From positions 6,295 to 70,294 of the forward strand of contig CALKWZ010000073.1 in NCBI GenBank assembly GCA_938003985.1: a stretch of DNA of 64,000 nucleotides, in the 5' to 3' direction. Below are positions 18,501 to 26,905 of the stretch, in pieces. The stretch comes from an uncultured Verrucomicrobiota bacterium (GTDB lineage: Bacteria; Verrucomicrobiota; Kiritimatiellia; CAIQIC01; Lenti-01). The position numbers and the translations under genes were made by a program. Under the pieces are notes generated by a model. The model was not told where the DNA came from and made no database searches. It worked only from the letters and a program-made list of their open reading frames with translations. Each line of letters opens with the position of its first letter. Within the stretch, counting starts at the first letter, position 1.

Positions 18501-19733
18501 CTGCCCGAGCCCATCGTCTTCGATCCGCTCGGCTACGTCTCGGCTTCCGGCAACGGCGCCAACGGCATCGTGCTCAACCAGAACGGCAACGACGGCGCCT
18601 ACGCCATTCTCGCCGGCATCCGCGCCGACAACAACGTCCTCGGCGACGGCATCCAGGCCTCGCTGACCTCCGCGGCCGGCGACGCCTACGCCATCCTGGT
18701 CGACGCCGACGCGGCCGGCAACGGCGACGACGGCATCGATCTGAGCCTCGCCGCCGACGGCTACGCCATCAGCGCTCTCCTGTTCTCCGACGTGGACGAC
18801 AACGTCGACGACGGCCTCCACCTCGTCCAGAACAGCGCCAACGCCGATGCGTTTTCCTTGTTGGCCAACACCGAGGCTTGGAGCAACGGCGGCGTCGGCT
18901 TCTGGGCCGACGTGACGGCGCCCAACGGCGACGCGGCCATTTGCGCCACCGAAGTCGAAGCCAACTACAACGACGGCCGCGGCGCCCGCTTCACCCTCGC
19001 GGCCGGCGACGAAGCCGCCCTGCTGGTCGGCACCAACGCCCTGCCGCTGTTCGACATGGAATTCAGCGGGTTCCTCGGCGCCAGCATCCTCGATACCTTC
19101 TGGGACGTGATTCCGCAGGGCTCGGCCGAGTTCAACAACAACGGCGGCGGCGGCCTGTACGCCGACCTGACCAGCACCGGCGGCAACGTCTGGCTGGACG
19201 TCGACGGCGCCGAAGCCTCGATCAACGCGAACAACGGGTTCAACGTCACGCTGAACGCCTTGGCCGGCGAAATCGCCAGCTTCTTCGGCCAAACCACGGC
19301 CGACAACAACGGCAACAGCGGCGTCAACCTGACGCTCAACGGCGCCGGCCCCATGGCCTCGGCCTGGTTCGACGCGGTCGGCACCAGCGGCAACGGCGGC
19401 AACGGCATCACCGTGGACGACACCTACAACGGCACGGTGCACGTCGGCGGCCAGTACCTGGTTTCGCAGAACAACGTCGGCAACGGCGTGCGGCTGGTCC
19501 TCTCGGGCCTGGGCGGCGTGCCGGTGATCGACTTCGGCGGCGGCCTCCTGGGCAGCGTCGGCCAGAGCTCGATCTTCGGCAACGGCAACCGCGACTTCCG
19601 CTACAACAACGGCGGCGGTGCCACGGCCATGGCCGAAAACAACTGGTGGGGCACGGTCGCCCCCGTCGCCGGCCAGTTCGCGGGCAGCGTCGACCGCACG
19701 CCTTGGCTGCTGACCGATCCGAACGCGCCGTAA
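15507..19733 (+). CDS. Inverse-autotransporter-like outer-membrane protein with parallel beta-helix passenger (1408 aa)
   Basis: Signal peptide MSARWVRSLLVLFVLFSFGLSSAFA. The N-terminal about 350 aa resembles the intimin/invasin beta-barrel (LGANLYYDYRDTGSFNYDQWGFGLELLSPWVDARANYYDP; ARLFGGYYDFDRDF). The remainder is Gly/Asn-rich PbH1-type beta-helix repeats (ANGNGVFGVQSI, ANNNGVFGIQAI, NNNGNSGVNL). Confidence 0.7.
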   Translation: MSARWVRSLLVLFVLFSFGLSSAFAAKSKAKPKAQEAPPPAAVETETAGLPPAELTVGFQVRDSETEGIGDLLVPVWNPGGTGLLFLNPRTAIVDHDEQEGNLGLGYRQLLPKLNTILGANLYYDYRDTGSFNYDQWGFGLELLSPWVDARANYYDPDDKRNVVASETQTTVSQTVRTSSAWRDPYAEDHYVLQDFVTTRTLTTSTSTKTFEQYEQALGGYDWEIGLRLPIRSDHVEARLFGGYYDFDRDFGDDARGWKTRAELRVRNSLFLDAGLYENEDLTGSDWFAGARWSTPLDLGQLARGRNPFGSAKARLRGEPRAASARLTEMVLRDPQVRLEQSKFLENKALQQDGSSSSQSSSGQTFVLLPDVQFVHGDAGVSGDGTAERPFTTIQQGANAVYGSRNVYVYNASGPYNENVVLLPDTTLWGSGSLILGYGGKTFGSGIHPIVDGLSRGPAITMADRTTVRGMGVRNTEQGGPDQMVILPGLPTYNVRRVGIYGADATDLTILDSIAMGNEIGVLLGRVGDFRLTYRNNQASQNDVDGLQIWADGAGGGLFDADVSGSSFDQNGNSGLLLSANGYGGSFVRIRDSQALDNPGAGFQSIQQNSSFAMALLSGLNAHGNTIGIQSVQDNVDFALANISDSAANDNLAFGIQNVQNAGFVSVGVIGMPNGLDTLASSLASLIGFPLPPEVGMFLAPSGPVTANGNGVFGVQSIITADSGLALGALFDITANNNGVFGIQAINQSPNGVAVGLAGSSQNLREILRLGDSVAGLFGLDLPLTIPGGGHMEANGNGAGGFMMQTIGDSAAINAVVGLETLGNGGFGTMLGTYSDSLSIAALARLYTAENVGAGLLFDVYGLDVGAIGLLADVFADVNGDSGITASVDSPNGFAVLASLSTDVLRPLGDSLGEMFLGAPLDVPGAPFGPVVASGNLGNGFTANVTGNDFAAAVLLDTWADGNSNNGFDLTVASANGPSIAAILSSDVVLNLVNDMGVLPEPIVFDPLGYVSASGNGANGIVLNQNGNDGAYAILAGIRADNNVLGDGIQASLTSAAGDAYAILVDADAAGNGDDGIDLSLAADGYAISALLFSDVDDNVDDGLHLVQNSANADAFSLLANTEAWSNGGVGFWADVTAPNGDAAICATEVEANYNDGRGARFTLAAGDEAALLVGTNALPLFDMEFSGFLGASILDTFWDVIPQGSAEFNNNGGGGLYADLTSTGGNVWLDVDGAEASINANNGFNVTLNALAGEIASFFGQTTADNNGNSGVNLTLNGAGPMASAWFDAVGTSGNGGNGITVDDTYNGTVHVGGQYLVSQNNVGNGVRLVLSGLGGVPVIDFGGGLLGSVGQSSIFGNGNRDFRYNNGGGATAMAENNWWGTVAPVAGQFAGSVDRTPWLLTDPNAP

Positions 19734-19761
19734 GGCCGCGCAACGCGCACCCGCAACGAAC

Positions 19762-19794
19762 GGGGCCGGGCAATCGCCCGGCCCCTTTCTTGTT
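19762..19794 (+). terminator. Rho-independent terminator of the beta-helix gene
   Basis: GGGGCCGGGC-aatc-GCCCGGCCCC (10-bp perfect stem) followed by TTTCTTGTT. Confidence 0.6.
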
Positions 19795-19812
19795 CCGCTG
19801 CGCGCCGAAATC

Positions 19813-20700
19813 TCAGCCGGCCGCCGTCCCGATCTTGGAGCCCAGCGCCGCCTCGGCGATGCTGCGCCCGTCGCGCAGGCGCGGCGTCACGCGCGGCACC
19901 CACATCATGCGCCGCTTGGCCCGCAGCACCATGTGGTGGTCCGGCAGGAAAAAGAAAATCCCGTCGAGCACCCCGGCCAGCCAGAACACCGGCGCGAACG
20001 CGGCGAAAACGGCCGCGGCGCGCTTCAGCCGCCGCACGTCCAGCGCCGCCGGTTCGCAGGAGGCCGGAATCAGCCCCGCGAACAGTTCCGCCAGCAGGTT
20101 CGCGAATTCGGTGAAGAACCGGCCGTAGCCGCTCGTTTCCTGCACGTCGAACCCGTCCTTGAGCACGTCGAAGAGTTCCGCCGGCGTGAAGCCCGGCCGG
20201 ACCAGCGGCCGCGTGGGATCCGTCAGGCCCGCCCATTTCCGGAACAGCTCCACCAGCGTGCGCCGCTTGCGCCGCACGTGCAGGATCAGCCGCGTCCGCG
20301 ACCGCATGACCCGATGCAGTTCGGCCATCAGCTCGGCGGGTTTCTCGACGTATTCGAGCAGATCGCTGGCCACGATGGCGTCGAAGGCGGCATCTTCGAA
20401 GGGCAACTGCGGCAGATCCGCCAAATGGATGCGCCCCACGCCCGCTTCCGCCAGCAGCTCCGCGTGCGTCTCCCCCGCCGCCAGGCTGCTCCAGGATGCC
20501 CCGCCGCCGCCGCCCGCGTTCTGCATGGCCACGCCCAAGGCGTCGTCCGCCGTCGTCTCCAGCACTTCCTGGCCGTTGATTTTGTCCAGCAGGCGCATCG
20601 ACCGCGCCAGCAGCTTGCGGCGCAAAGGCGACCGCAGGAAAATCTTCATCCGCAACTGGACGACGTCCGCGGTGACGGCACTGGTGGCTTCGGCGCTCAT
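19813..20700 (-). CDS. Class I SAM-dependent methyltransferase domain protein
   Basis: Start MSAEATS at 20700. Motifs FDAIVASDLLEYVEKP and ...TRLILHV match MTase type 11/12 motifs II/III. Motif I is degenerate. Confidence 0.55.
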   Translation of the reverse strand: MSAEATSAVTADVVQLRMKIFLRSPLRRKLLARSMRLLDKINGQEVLETTADDALGVAMQNAGGGGGASWSSLAAGETHAELLAEAGVGRIHLADLPQLPFEDAAFDAIVASDLLEYVEKPAELMAELHRVMRSRTRLILHVRRKRRTLVELFRKWAGLTDPTRPLVRPGFTPAELFDVLKDGFDVQETSGYGRFFTEFANLLAELFAGLIPASCEPAALDVRRLKRAAAVFAAFAPVFWLAGVLDGIFFFLPDHHMVLRAKRRMMWVPRVTPRLRDGRSIAEAALGSKIGTAAG

Positions 20701-20834
20701 TACGCCCCGGAATATGCCATCGCCGCCCCCGGTTTGTCCAGCCCGCGCCGCGCGGCGCCGCGCCAACGACCCAACTTCGGCCTTGTTTTCCCCCCGGCCT
20801 TGCCGCATGCTTTCGATCCAAATTCGGTGAGCGC

Positions 20835-22199
20835 ATGATTCTCCGCCACTTGCTGTTGCCCGACATCCTCGATCTCGTCGAATCCGGCCGTCTCAACGAC
20901 GTCCGCGAGTTCCTGGCCATGCAGCCGGCGCCGGAGATCGCCGAATTGCTCACCGCCCTCGAAGACAAGGACCGCGTCCTGCTGTTCCGCCTCCTGCCGC
21001 GCCATCTGGCCGACGAAGTCTTTTCCCTCCTCGAACTGCCGTTCCAGGACCTGCTGCTGAAAAACATGGCGCAGGAAGAAGTCCGCCAGGTGCTTTCGGG
21101 CCTGTCGCCCGACGACCGCACCGCGCTGTTCGAGGAGCTGCCCGCCCGCGTCACCAAAGGCCTGCTCGGCCTGCTGGACGACCAGGACCGCAAGCAAACC
21201 CTGACCCTGCTCAGCTATCCCGAAGGCAGCGTCGGCCGCCTGATGACCGACCGCTACGTCACGGTCGAGCCCGGCTGGACCGCCGCCCAGGCCCTGGCGC
21301 ATCTGCGCCGGGTCGGCACCGATTCCGAAACCATGACGATGATCTACATCGTCGACGAGAAGGGCCGCCTGACCGACGACCTGCGCCTGCGCAAGATCAT
21401 CCTCGCGCCGCCGGAAACGCCCGTCGCCGATTTGCTGGACGGCCACTATGCCTCGCTCCACTCCCTCCAGGACCGCGAGGAAGCCGTCCAGGTGTTCCGC
21501 AAATACGACCTCTACGCCCTGCCCGTCGTCGACGCCGACGGCGTGCTCCTCGGCATCGTCACCGTGGACGACATCCTCGACGTCGCCGAACAGGAGGCCA
21601 CGGAAGACTTCCACAAGCTGGCCACGGTCAGTCCGCTGCAGATCAGCTTCAAGGACGCCACGCTCGGCCTGCTGTTCCGCAAGCGCATCGGCTGGCTGAT
21701 CGGGCTGGTGGTCGTCAACATCTTCACCGGCATGGGCATCAAGATGTTCGAGGAAACCATCGTGGCCGTCGCCGCCCTGGTCGCCCTCATGCCGCTCTTG
21801 ATCGGCAGCGGCGGCAACGCCGGCGCCCAGGCGGCCACCCTCGTCGTCCGCGCCATCGCCACCGGCGAAATCGGTTCGGGCGACTGGTGGAAACTGCTGC
21901 TGCGGGAAATCGGCGTCAGCACCGCCATCGGCCTGGCCATGTCCTGCGCCGCGTTCTTCCTGGGCTGGGCGCTCGGCGATCTGCGCGTCGCGCTCGTGGT
22001 CGCCATCAGCATGACCACCGTCGTGATCGCCGGCAGCCTCATGGGCACCGTCTTGCCGATGGTCCTCAACCGGCTCAAGCTCGATCCCGCCACCGCCAGC
22101 GTGCCGCTGATCACCTCCATGGCCGACATCCTCGGCGTGCTGATCTATTTTTCCATCGCCAACGCCGTGCTGCGGTTCGTGCACCTGCCCGCGACCTGA
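20835..22199 (+). CDS. mgtE: Magnesium transporter MgtE
   Basis: 454 aa with CBS pair plus C-terminal TM domain (LIGSGGNAGAQAATLVVRA; PLITSMADILGVLIYFSIA). Confidence 0.9.
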   Translation: MILRHLLLPDILDLVESGRLNDVREFLAMQPAPEIAELLTALEDKDRVLLFRLLPRHLADEVFSLLELPFQDLLLKNMAQEEVRQVLSGLSPDDRTALFEELPARVTKGLLGLLDDQDRKQTLTLLSYPEGSVGRLMTDRYVTVEPGWTAAQALAHLRRVGTDSETMTMIYIVDEKGRLTDDLRLRKIILAPPETPVADLLDGHYASLHSLQDREEAVQVFRKYDLYALPVVDADGVLLGIVTVDDILDVAEQEATEDFHKLATVSPLQISFKDATLGLLFRKRIGWLIGLVVVNIFTGMGIKMFEETIVAVAALVALMPLLIGSGGNAGAQAATLVVRAIATGEIGSGDWWKLLLREIGVSTAIGLAMSCAAFFLGWALGDLRVALVVAISMTTVVIAGSLMGTVLPMVLNRLKLDPATASVPLITSMADILGVLIYFSIANAVLRFVHLPAT

Positions 22200-22216
22200 T
22201 CCGAAAGGAATCCCCC

Positions 22217-23056
22217 ATGCAGATCCGACTGACCTCCGGTACCGTTTTCCTCCTCGCCGCGCTCTTCGCCGCCGGCGCCGCCGCCCAGCAACGCATCGAA
22301 TTCCAGCGCCAGAAATTCGACCGTTCCCGGTTCGAGCGGGCCGGACAATCCGCCGAGCCGGCACCGGCGCCCGCCGCGCCGGCCGCCGAACCCGTCGGCA
22401 CGTGGCCCCCGCCGGTTGCCGCCGGGACTCCGGCCCCCATGGCCACGGAAACGCCCGCCCCGGCGCCGACGTCCGAATTCGGAACCCCGGCGCCGGCATC
22501 CGAGTTCGGCGCCCCGGCCGCGCCGGCCGCCGGCGCCGCTCCCGGCGGCGCGTTCCCAGCCGGCCCGCCGCCGTCCTATCCCGCCGGCGCCACGCCCGAG
22601 GAACGGGCCGCCATCGACGCGCCGCTGTTCGACCAAGTGCCCAGCAAATGGTTCAACAACGCCAAGGACTACCCCGAACTGCGCGAACTGCAGAAAAAAA
22701 CCGGCGCCTGCATGCTCGTCTATTTCAAGAATCCGTCCGTGCCCAACGAAAAGGGCCTGTGCAGCTGGTTCGAGAAAAGCATCACCACCGACATCGACTG
22801 GCGCAAGGCGATGAAGTACTTCATCAAACTGGAGATCACCCTGCCCGGGCCTTCCGCGGTGCGGGATTTGGTCGACCAGTTCCGGGTGATGCGCACGCCG
22901 TCCATCTTCGTGGTCAAACCCGGCGAGACGATGCCGTTTCGCCTGATGGTGTTCGAGTATCCCGAAGGCGGCGGCCGGCCCAAGCCCGTCGAAGTGCCGG
23001 TCGTGCTCGAGGCGCTCAAGGGGCGCTGCACGCCGGCCTACCAGACGCTCTTCTAG
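22217..23056 (+). CDS. Hypothetical secreted protein, Pro/Ala-rich linker plus thioredoxin-like C-terminal region
   Basis: Signal peptide MQIRLTSGTVFLLAALFAAGAAAQ with AGGA SD. PAPAPAAPAAEP low-complexity linker. C-terminal about 140 aa is globular. Confidence 0.6.
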   Translation: MQIRLTSGTVFLLAALFAAGAAAQQRIEFQRQKFDRSRFERAGQSAEPAPAPAAPAAEPVGTWPPPVAAGTPAPMATETPAPAPTSEFGTPAPASEFGAPAAPAAGAAPGGAFPAGPPPSYPAGATPEERAAIDAPLFDQVPSKWFNNAKDYPELRELQKKTGACMLVYFKNPSVPNEKGLCSWFEKSITTDIDWRKAMKYFIKLEITLPGPSAVRDLVDQFRVMRTPSIFVVKPGETMPFRLMVFEYPEGGGRPKPVEVPVVLEALKGRCTPAYQTLF

Positions 23057-23061
23057 GCCGC

Positions 23062-24027
23062 ATGGGCGGCGCCGTCCAGTTCCGGGCCATCGCCCGCCTC
23101 GCCGCGCTCGAGGCCATCCGCCGGCCCGTCTTCCTGCTCGTCAGCCTGTCCGTGCTCGTCGGCATCGTCGCGCTGCCGCTGCTGCTCAACTACACCCTGG
23201 GCGATTCCGCCCGCATGGTACGCGACAGCGCCCTCGCGCTCTATTTCGCCGGCGGCCTGCTGCTGGCCGCCCATGCCGCCGGCGAGGCGCTTGCGCGCGA
23301 ACTGCGCCGCGGCACCGCCGCCGCCGTGCTGGCCAAGCCCGTTTCGCGCGCCACGTTTTTCCTCGCCAAGACCGCCGGCGTCGCCGGCGCGCTGTTCCTG
23401 TATTCCCTCGCCGCCTGGGCCGCCGCGCTGCTGGCCGCGCGCGCCGGCGCCGACGACCTGCGGCTCGACTGGGCCGCCGAGGGCCCCGCGCTGCTGGCCG
23501 TGACGCTCGCGCCGGCCGTCGCCGGCGCCTGGAACCACCGCACCGGCCGGCCGTTCGCCTCCGCGGCGTTCTTCCTGCTGCTGGCGTTCCTGCTCGCCGC
23601 GCTGGCCGTCGCCGCGTTCTTCCCGACGCCCCTCGAACGCCTCGCGTTTCCGGCCAACTTCGCCTGGCCGCTGCTCGGCGTCGGCCTGCTGCTGTACTTC
23701 GCCCTCGGCATGGCCGTCGCGCTGGCCGCCGCGCTGGCCACGCGCCTGCCGGTCACGCCCGTGCTGCTGCTCTGCGCGGGGCTGTTCCTGTTCGGCCTGA
23801 TGGCCGACTACTTCCTCGGCCCGCACCTGGCCGATTCCTGCGCCGCGCGCGCCGCCTACGCCCTCCTGCCCAACGTCCAGGCCTTCTGGCTGCTCGACGC
23901 CCTCGACGGCGGCGCGCACGTCCCGGCCGACTACCTCGCCGCGGCCGCCGCCTACGCCGCCGCCTGGGCCGCCGCCGCCCTCGCCCTCGGCTGCGCGTCT
24001 TTCCGCCGCCTGGAGATCGCCGGATGA
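23062..24027 (+). CDS. ABC-2 type transporter permease
   Basis: 321 aa with six hydrophobic segments, directly upstream of an ABC ATPase gene. Confidence 0.7.
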   Translation: MGGAVQFRAIARLAALEAIRRPVFLLVSLSVLVGIVALPLLLNYTLGDSARMVRDSALALYFAGGLLLAAHAAGEALARELRRGTAAAVLAKPVSRATFFLAKTAGVAGALFLYSLAAWAAALLAARAGADDLRLDWAAEGPALLAVTLAPAVAGAWNHRTGRPFASAAFFLLLAFLLAALAVAAFFPTPLERLAFPANFAWPLLGVGLLLYFALGMAVALAAALATRLPVTPVLLLCAGLFLFGLMADYFLGPHLADSCAARAAYALLPNVQAFWLLDALDGGAHVPADYLAAAAAYAAAWAAAALALGCASFRRLEIAG

Positions 24028-24030
24028 GCC

Positions 24031-24144
24031 TTTTTACGTGCTACGTAAATCCCGCCGAACGTTTTTACGTACTACGTAAAACCCGACCCAAAGTTTTTAC
24101 GTTCTACGTAAAATTTCCCCAAAGTTTTTACGTTCCACGTAAAA
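24031..24144. repeat. Array of four tandem 8-3-8 palindromes TTTTACGT-N3-ACGTAAAA (about 31-bp period)
   Basis: Copies at 24031-24049, 24062-24081, 24094-24113 and 24125-24144 are each perfect inverted repeats, AT-rich in a 70% GC genome. They lie between the permease stop and the ATPase start. Confidence 0.9.
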
Positions 24145-24158
24145 TCCGCTAAAACCCT

Positions 24159-25082
24159 TTGCGTGCCATGGAAAACCCGCCCGCCATCCAAGCGACCGAC
24201 CTCCGGAAAACGTTCCGCGACTTCTGGCGCCGGCCGCGCGTCGAAGCCGTCCGCGGCATTTCCTTCGCCGTGCCCGCCGGCCAGGTCTTCGGGCTGCTGG
24301 GCCCCAACGGCTCCGGCAAATCCACCACCATCAAGATGATCCTCGGCCTGCTGTTCCCCACGGCCGGCCGGCTGGACGTCCTCGGCGACGCGCCGCGGGC
24401 CGTGGCCGTCAAGAGCCGCATCGGCTACCTGCCCGAGGAATCCTATCTCTATCCCCACCTCACGCCGGCCGAAACCCTGGCGTTCTACGCCCGGCTGTTC
24501 CGCCTGCCGCGCGCCGTCGCGCGCGACCGCATCGAGCAACTGCTCGAGATGATCGGCCTGGCCCACGCGCGCAACCGCCCCGTCGGCGAATTCTCCAAGG
24601 GCATGGCCCGCCGCATCGGCCTCGCCCAGGCCCTGCTCAACGATCCGGACCTGGTCATCCTCGACGAACCCACCGCCGGCCTCGACCCGCAGGGCACGCG
24701 CCAGGTCAAGGACCTGATCCTCGCCCTCGCCGCGCGCGGCAAGACCGTGCTGCTGACGTCGCACCTGCTGGCCGACGTCGAGGACGTCTGCGCGCAGGTG
24801 GCCATCCTCTTCAACGGCCGGCTCCTCGCGCAGGGCACGCTCGATGCGCTCCTCGCGCAGAAGGACAAGACCACGCTGACGTTCCCGACTCCGGCCGATC
24901 CGGCCACGCTGCGCCAGGTGCTCGCCGCCGCGCGCGCCGCGCTCGGCGCCGACCCGGACGTCGACCATCCGCGCCAGGCCCTCGAACCTTTTTTCCTGCA
25001 CGTCGTGGCAACCGCCGCGCGCGACGGCGCCGCTTCGGGCGCGGTCCCCGCCGCCCCGCTGGCGCCGTTTCTCCAGAAATAG
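24159..25082 (+). CDS. ABC transporter ATP-binding protein (ABC-2 family)
   Basis: Walker A GLLGPNGSGKSTT, signature-like FSKGMARRIGLAQAL, Walker B LVILDEPTAGLD. The start is either TTG at 24159 or ATG at 24168. Confidence 0.85.
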   Translation: MRAMENPPAIQATDLRKTFRDFWRRPRVEAVRGISFAVPAGQVFGLLGPNGSGKSTTIKMILGLLFPTAGRLDVLGDAPRAVAVKSRIGYLPEESYLYPHLTPAETLAFYARLFRLPRAVARDRIEQLLEMIGLAHARNRPVGEFSKGMARRIGLAQALLNDPDLVILDEPTAGLDPQGTRQVKDLILALAARGKTVLLTSHLLADVEDVCAQVAILFNGRLLAQGTLDALLAQKDKTTLTFPTPADPATLRQVLAAARAALGADPDVDHPRQALEPFFLHVVATAARDGAASGAVPAAPLAPFLQK

Positions 25083-25154
25083 GCTTGCCTCGCCTGCGCA
25101 AGAGTCCTATTGTCCCTCGTTTGTTTTCAAAAGCACAAGAAGGAGCAATGAATC

Positions 25155-26246
25155 ATGGCCAAGATTGATTTTGGCGGGACGAAGGAAAACGTCGTCACGC
25201 GCGCGGAATTCCCCCTGAAGAAGGCCCAGCAGGTCCTGAAGGACGAAGTCATCGCCGTCATCGGCTACGGCGTGCAGGGCCCGGCCCAGTCGCTGAACAT
25301 GCGCGACAACGGCGTCAAGGTCATCATCGGCCAGGACCCCCGCTTCAAGGGCGATTGGGCCCGCGCCATCAAGGACGGCTTCAAGCCCGGCGTCAGCCTG
25401 TTCGACGTGGAAGAAGCCTGCGACAAGGCCACCATCGTCATGATGCTGGTCAACGACGGCGCGCTGAAGTACGTCTTCCCGCGCGTGAAGCCCTACCTGA
25501 CCAAGGGCAAGGCCCTGTACTTCTCGCACGGCTTCGGCTGGGTCTACCGCAAGCTGACCGGCGTCGATGCTCCGAAGGGCGTGGACGTCATCATGGTCGC
25601 CCCCAAGGGTTCCGGCACCTCCGTGCGCCGCAACTTCCTGGCCGGCGTCGGCATCAATTCCAGCTTCGCCGTCGAACGCGACGCCACCAAGCGCGCCCGC
25701 GAGCGCACCTTGGCCGTCGGCATCGCCGTCGGTTCGGGCTACCTGTTCCCGACGACGTTCGAGCACGAAGTGACCTCCGACCTCGTCGGCGAGCGCGGCG
25801 TGCTGATGGGCGCCCTGGCCGGCATCATGGAAGCCCAGTACGACGTGCTGCGCAAGAACGGCCACAGCCCCTCCGAAGCCTTCAACGAGACCGTCGAGGA
25901 ACTCACCCAGAGCCTCATCCGCCTCGTGGACGAAAACGGCATGGACTGGATGTACTCCAATTGCTCCGCCACCGCCCAGCGCGGCGCGCTCGATTGGAAG
26001 CCCCGCTTCAAGAAGGCCGTCCTGCCCGTCTTCAACGCCCTGTACAAGGCCGTGAAGAGCCAGGCGGAAGCCAAGCGCGTCATCAAGGTCTGCGGCGCCG
26101 CCGACTACAAGAAGAAGCTCGACGCCGAACTGGCCGTCATGGGCAACTCCGAGATGTGGCGCGCTGGCGCGGCCGTCCGCTCCCTGCGCCCGCACGAGAA
26201 GGCCAAGACCAGCACGGTCGGCATCAAGGGCCGCGGCAAGAACTAA
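25155..26246 (+). CDS. ilvC: Ketol-acid reductoisomerase
   Basis: VIGYGVQGPAQSLNMRDNGV and full-length KARI similarity. AAGGAG SD upstream. Confidence 0.95.
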   Translation: MAKIDFGGTKENVVTRAEFPLKKAQQVLKDEVIAVIGYGVQGPAQSLNMRDNGVKVIIGQDPRFKGDWARAIKDGFKPGVSLFDVEEACDKATIVMMLVNDGALKYVFPRVKPYLTKGKALYFSHGFGWVYRKLTGVDAPKGVDVIMVAPKGSGTSVRRNFLAGVGINSSFAVERDATKRARERTLAVGIAVGSGYLFPTTFEHEVTSDLVGERGVLMGALAGIMEAQYDVLRKNGHSPSEAFNETVEELTQSLIRLVDENGMDWMYSNCSATAQRGALDWKPRFKKAVLPVFNALYKAVKSQAEAKRVIKVCGAADYKKKLDAELAVMGNSEMWRAGAAVRSLRPHEKAKTSTVGIKGRGKN

Positions 26247-26265
26247 GGTTCCCCCGCCCCCTCCG

Positions 26266-26293
26266 CCCGCCGGGTTTTCCCGGCGGGTTTTTT
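26266..26293 (+). terminator. Rho-independent terminator of ilvC
   Basis: CCCGCCGGG-tttt-CCCGGCGGG followed by TTTTTT. Confidence 0.65.
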
Positions 26294-26326
26294 CATGCCC
26301 CGCCGCGGCCGGCGCAAGTCGGCGGA

Positions 26327-26905
26327 CTACTTCGCGGCGCGGCCGGCCCGGATCGCCGCCACCACGCCTTCGGCCATTTGCTTGCGGACGTCGGCCGGCA
26401 CGCCGGCCACGTCGGCCGCCAGCGTCCCGTCGCGCGCGACGGCGAACATCCGCGGCAGCTTGCCCACCCCGAACGCCACGGCGGCCTTGTGGCGGGGATC
26501 CAGCAGCACGTCGATCGGCAAGGCCCGGTCCTGCTGTTCCAGGAACCGCGCCAAGGCGAAGCCCGCATTCTTCGGACAAACCAGCACCAGATAGAAACGG
26601 ATTTGCCCGCGCAGCGCCGGCCGGTCCGCCACCTTCCGGGCCACTTCCACGAAGGCCGCCACGGCCGGATCGCCGGTTTCGGCTTCCGGATCCACGAACA
26701 GCAGCGCGGCCGCCGACCGGCGCGCGTCGGGATATTGCGGATCGGTGCCGTAGACTTCGGCCAGGAATTTGTAGCTGTCGCCGGCCGAGGTCAGCAACGT
26801 CGGGGCGGGCGCCGGTGCGCCGATCCGCACCGGGGGCGCCGCGACCGCCGCGCCGGCGACGAAAACCAATCCCCATCCGATCCACCGCGCCAGTTTGCTT
26901 TTCAT
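26327..26905 (-). CDS. Hypothetical periplasmic protein, thioredoxin-like fold (no CxxC)
   Basis: Signal peptide MKSKLARWIGWGLVFVAGAAVAA. ATGA-coupled to the upstream gene. Confidence 0.5.
   Translation of the reverse strand: MKSKLARWIGWGLVFVAGAAVAAPPVRIGAPAPAPTLLTSAGDSYKFLAEVYGTDPQYPDARRSAAALLFVDPEAETGDPAVAAFVEVARKVADRPALRGQIRFYLVLVCPKNAGFALARFLEQQDRALPIDVLLDPRHKAAVAFGVGKLPRMFAVARDGTLAADVAGVPADVRKQMAEGVVAAIRAGRAAK

Noticed and set aside
24159-24170. Start codon of the ABC ATPase
   Set aside because: The TTG at 24159 and the ATG at 24168 are both possible and neither has a clear SD. The longer form is kept but cannot be settled from sequence.
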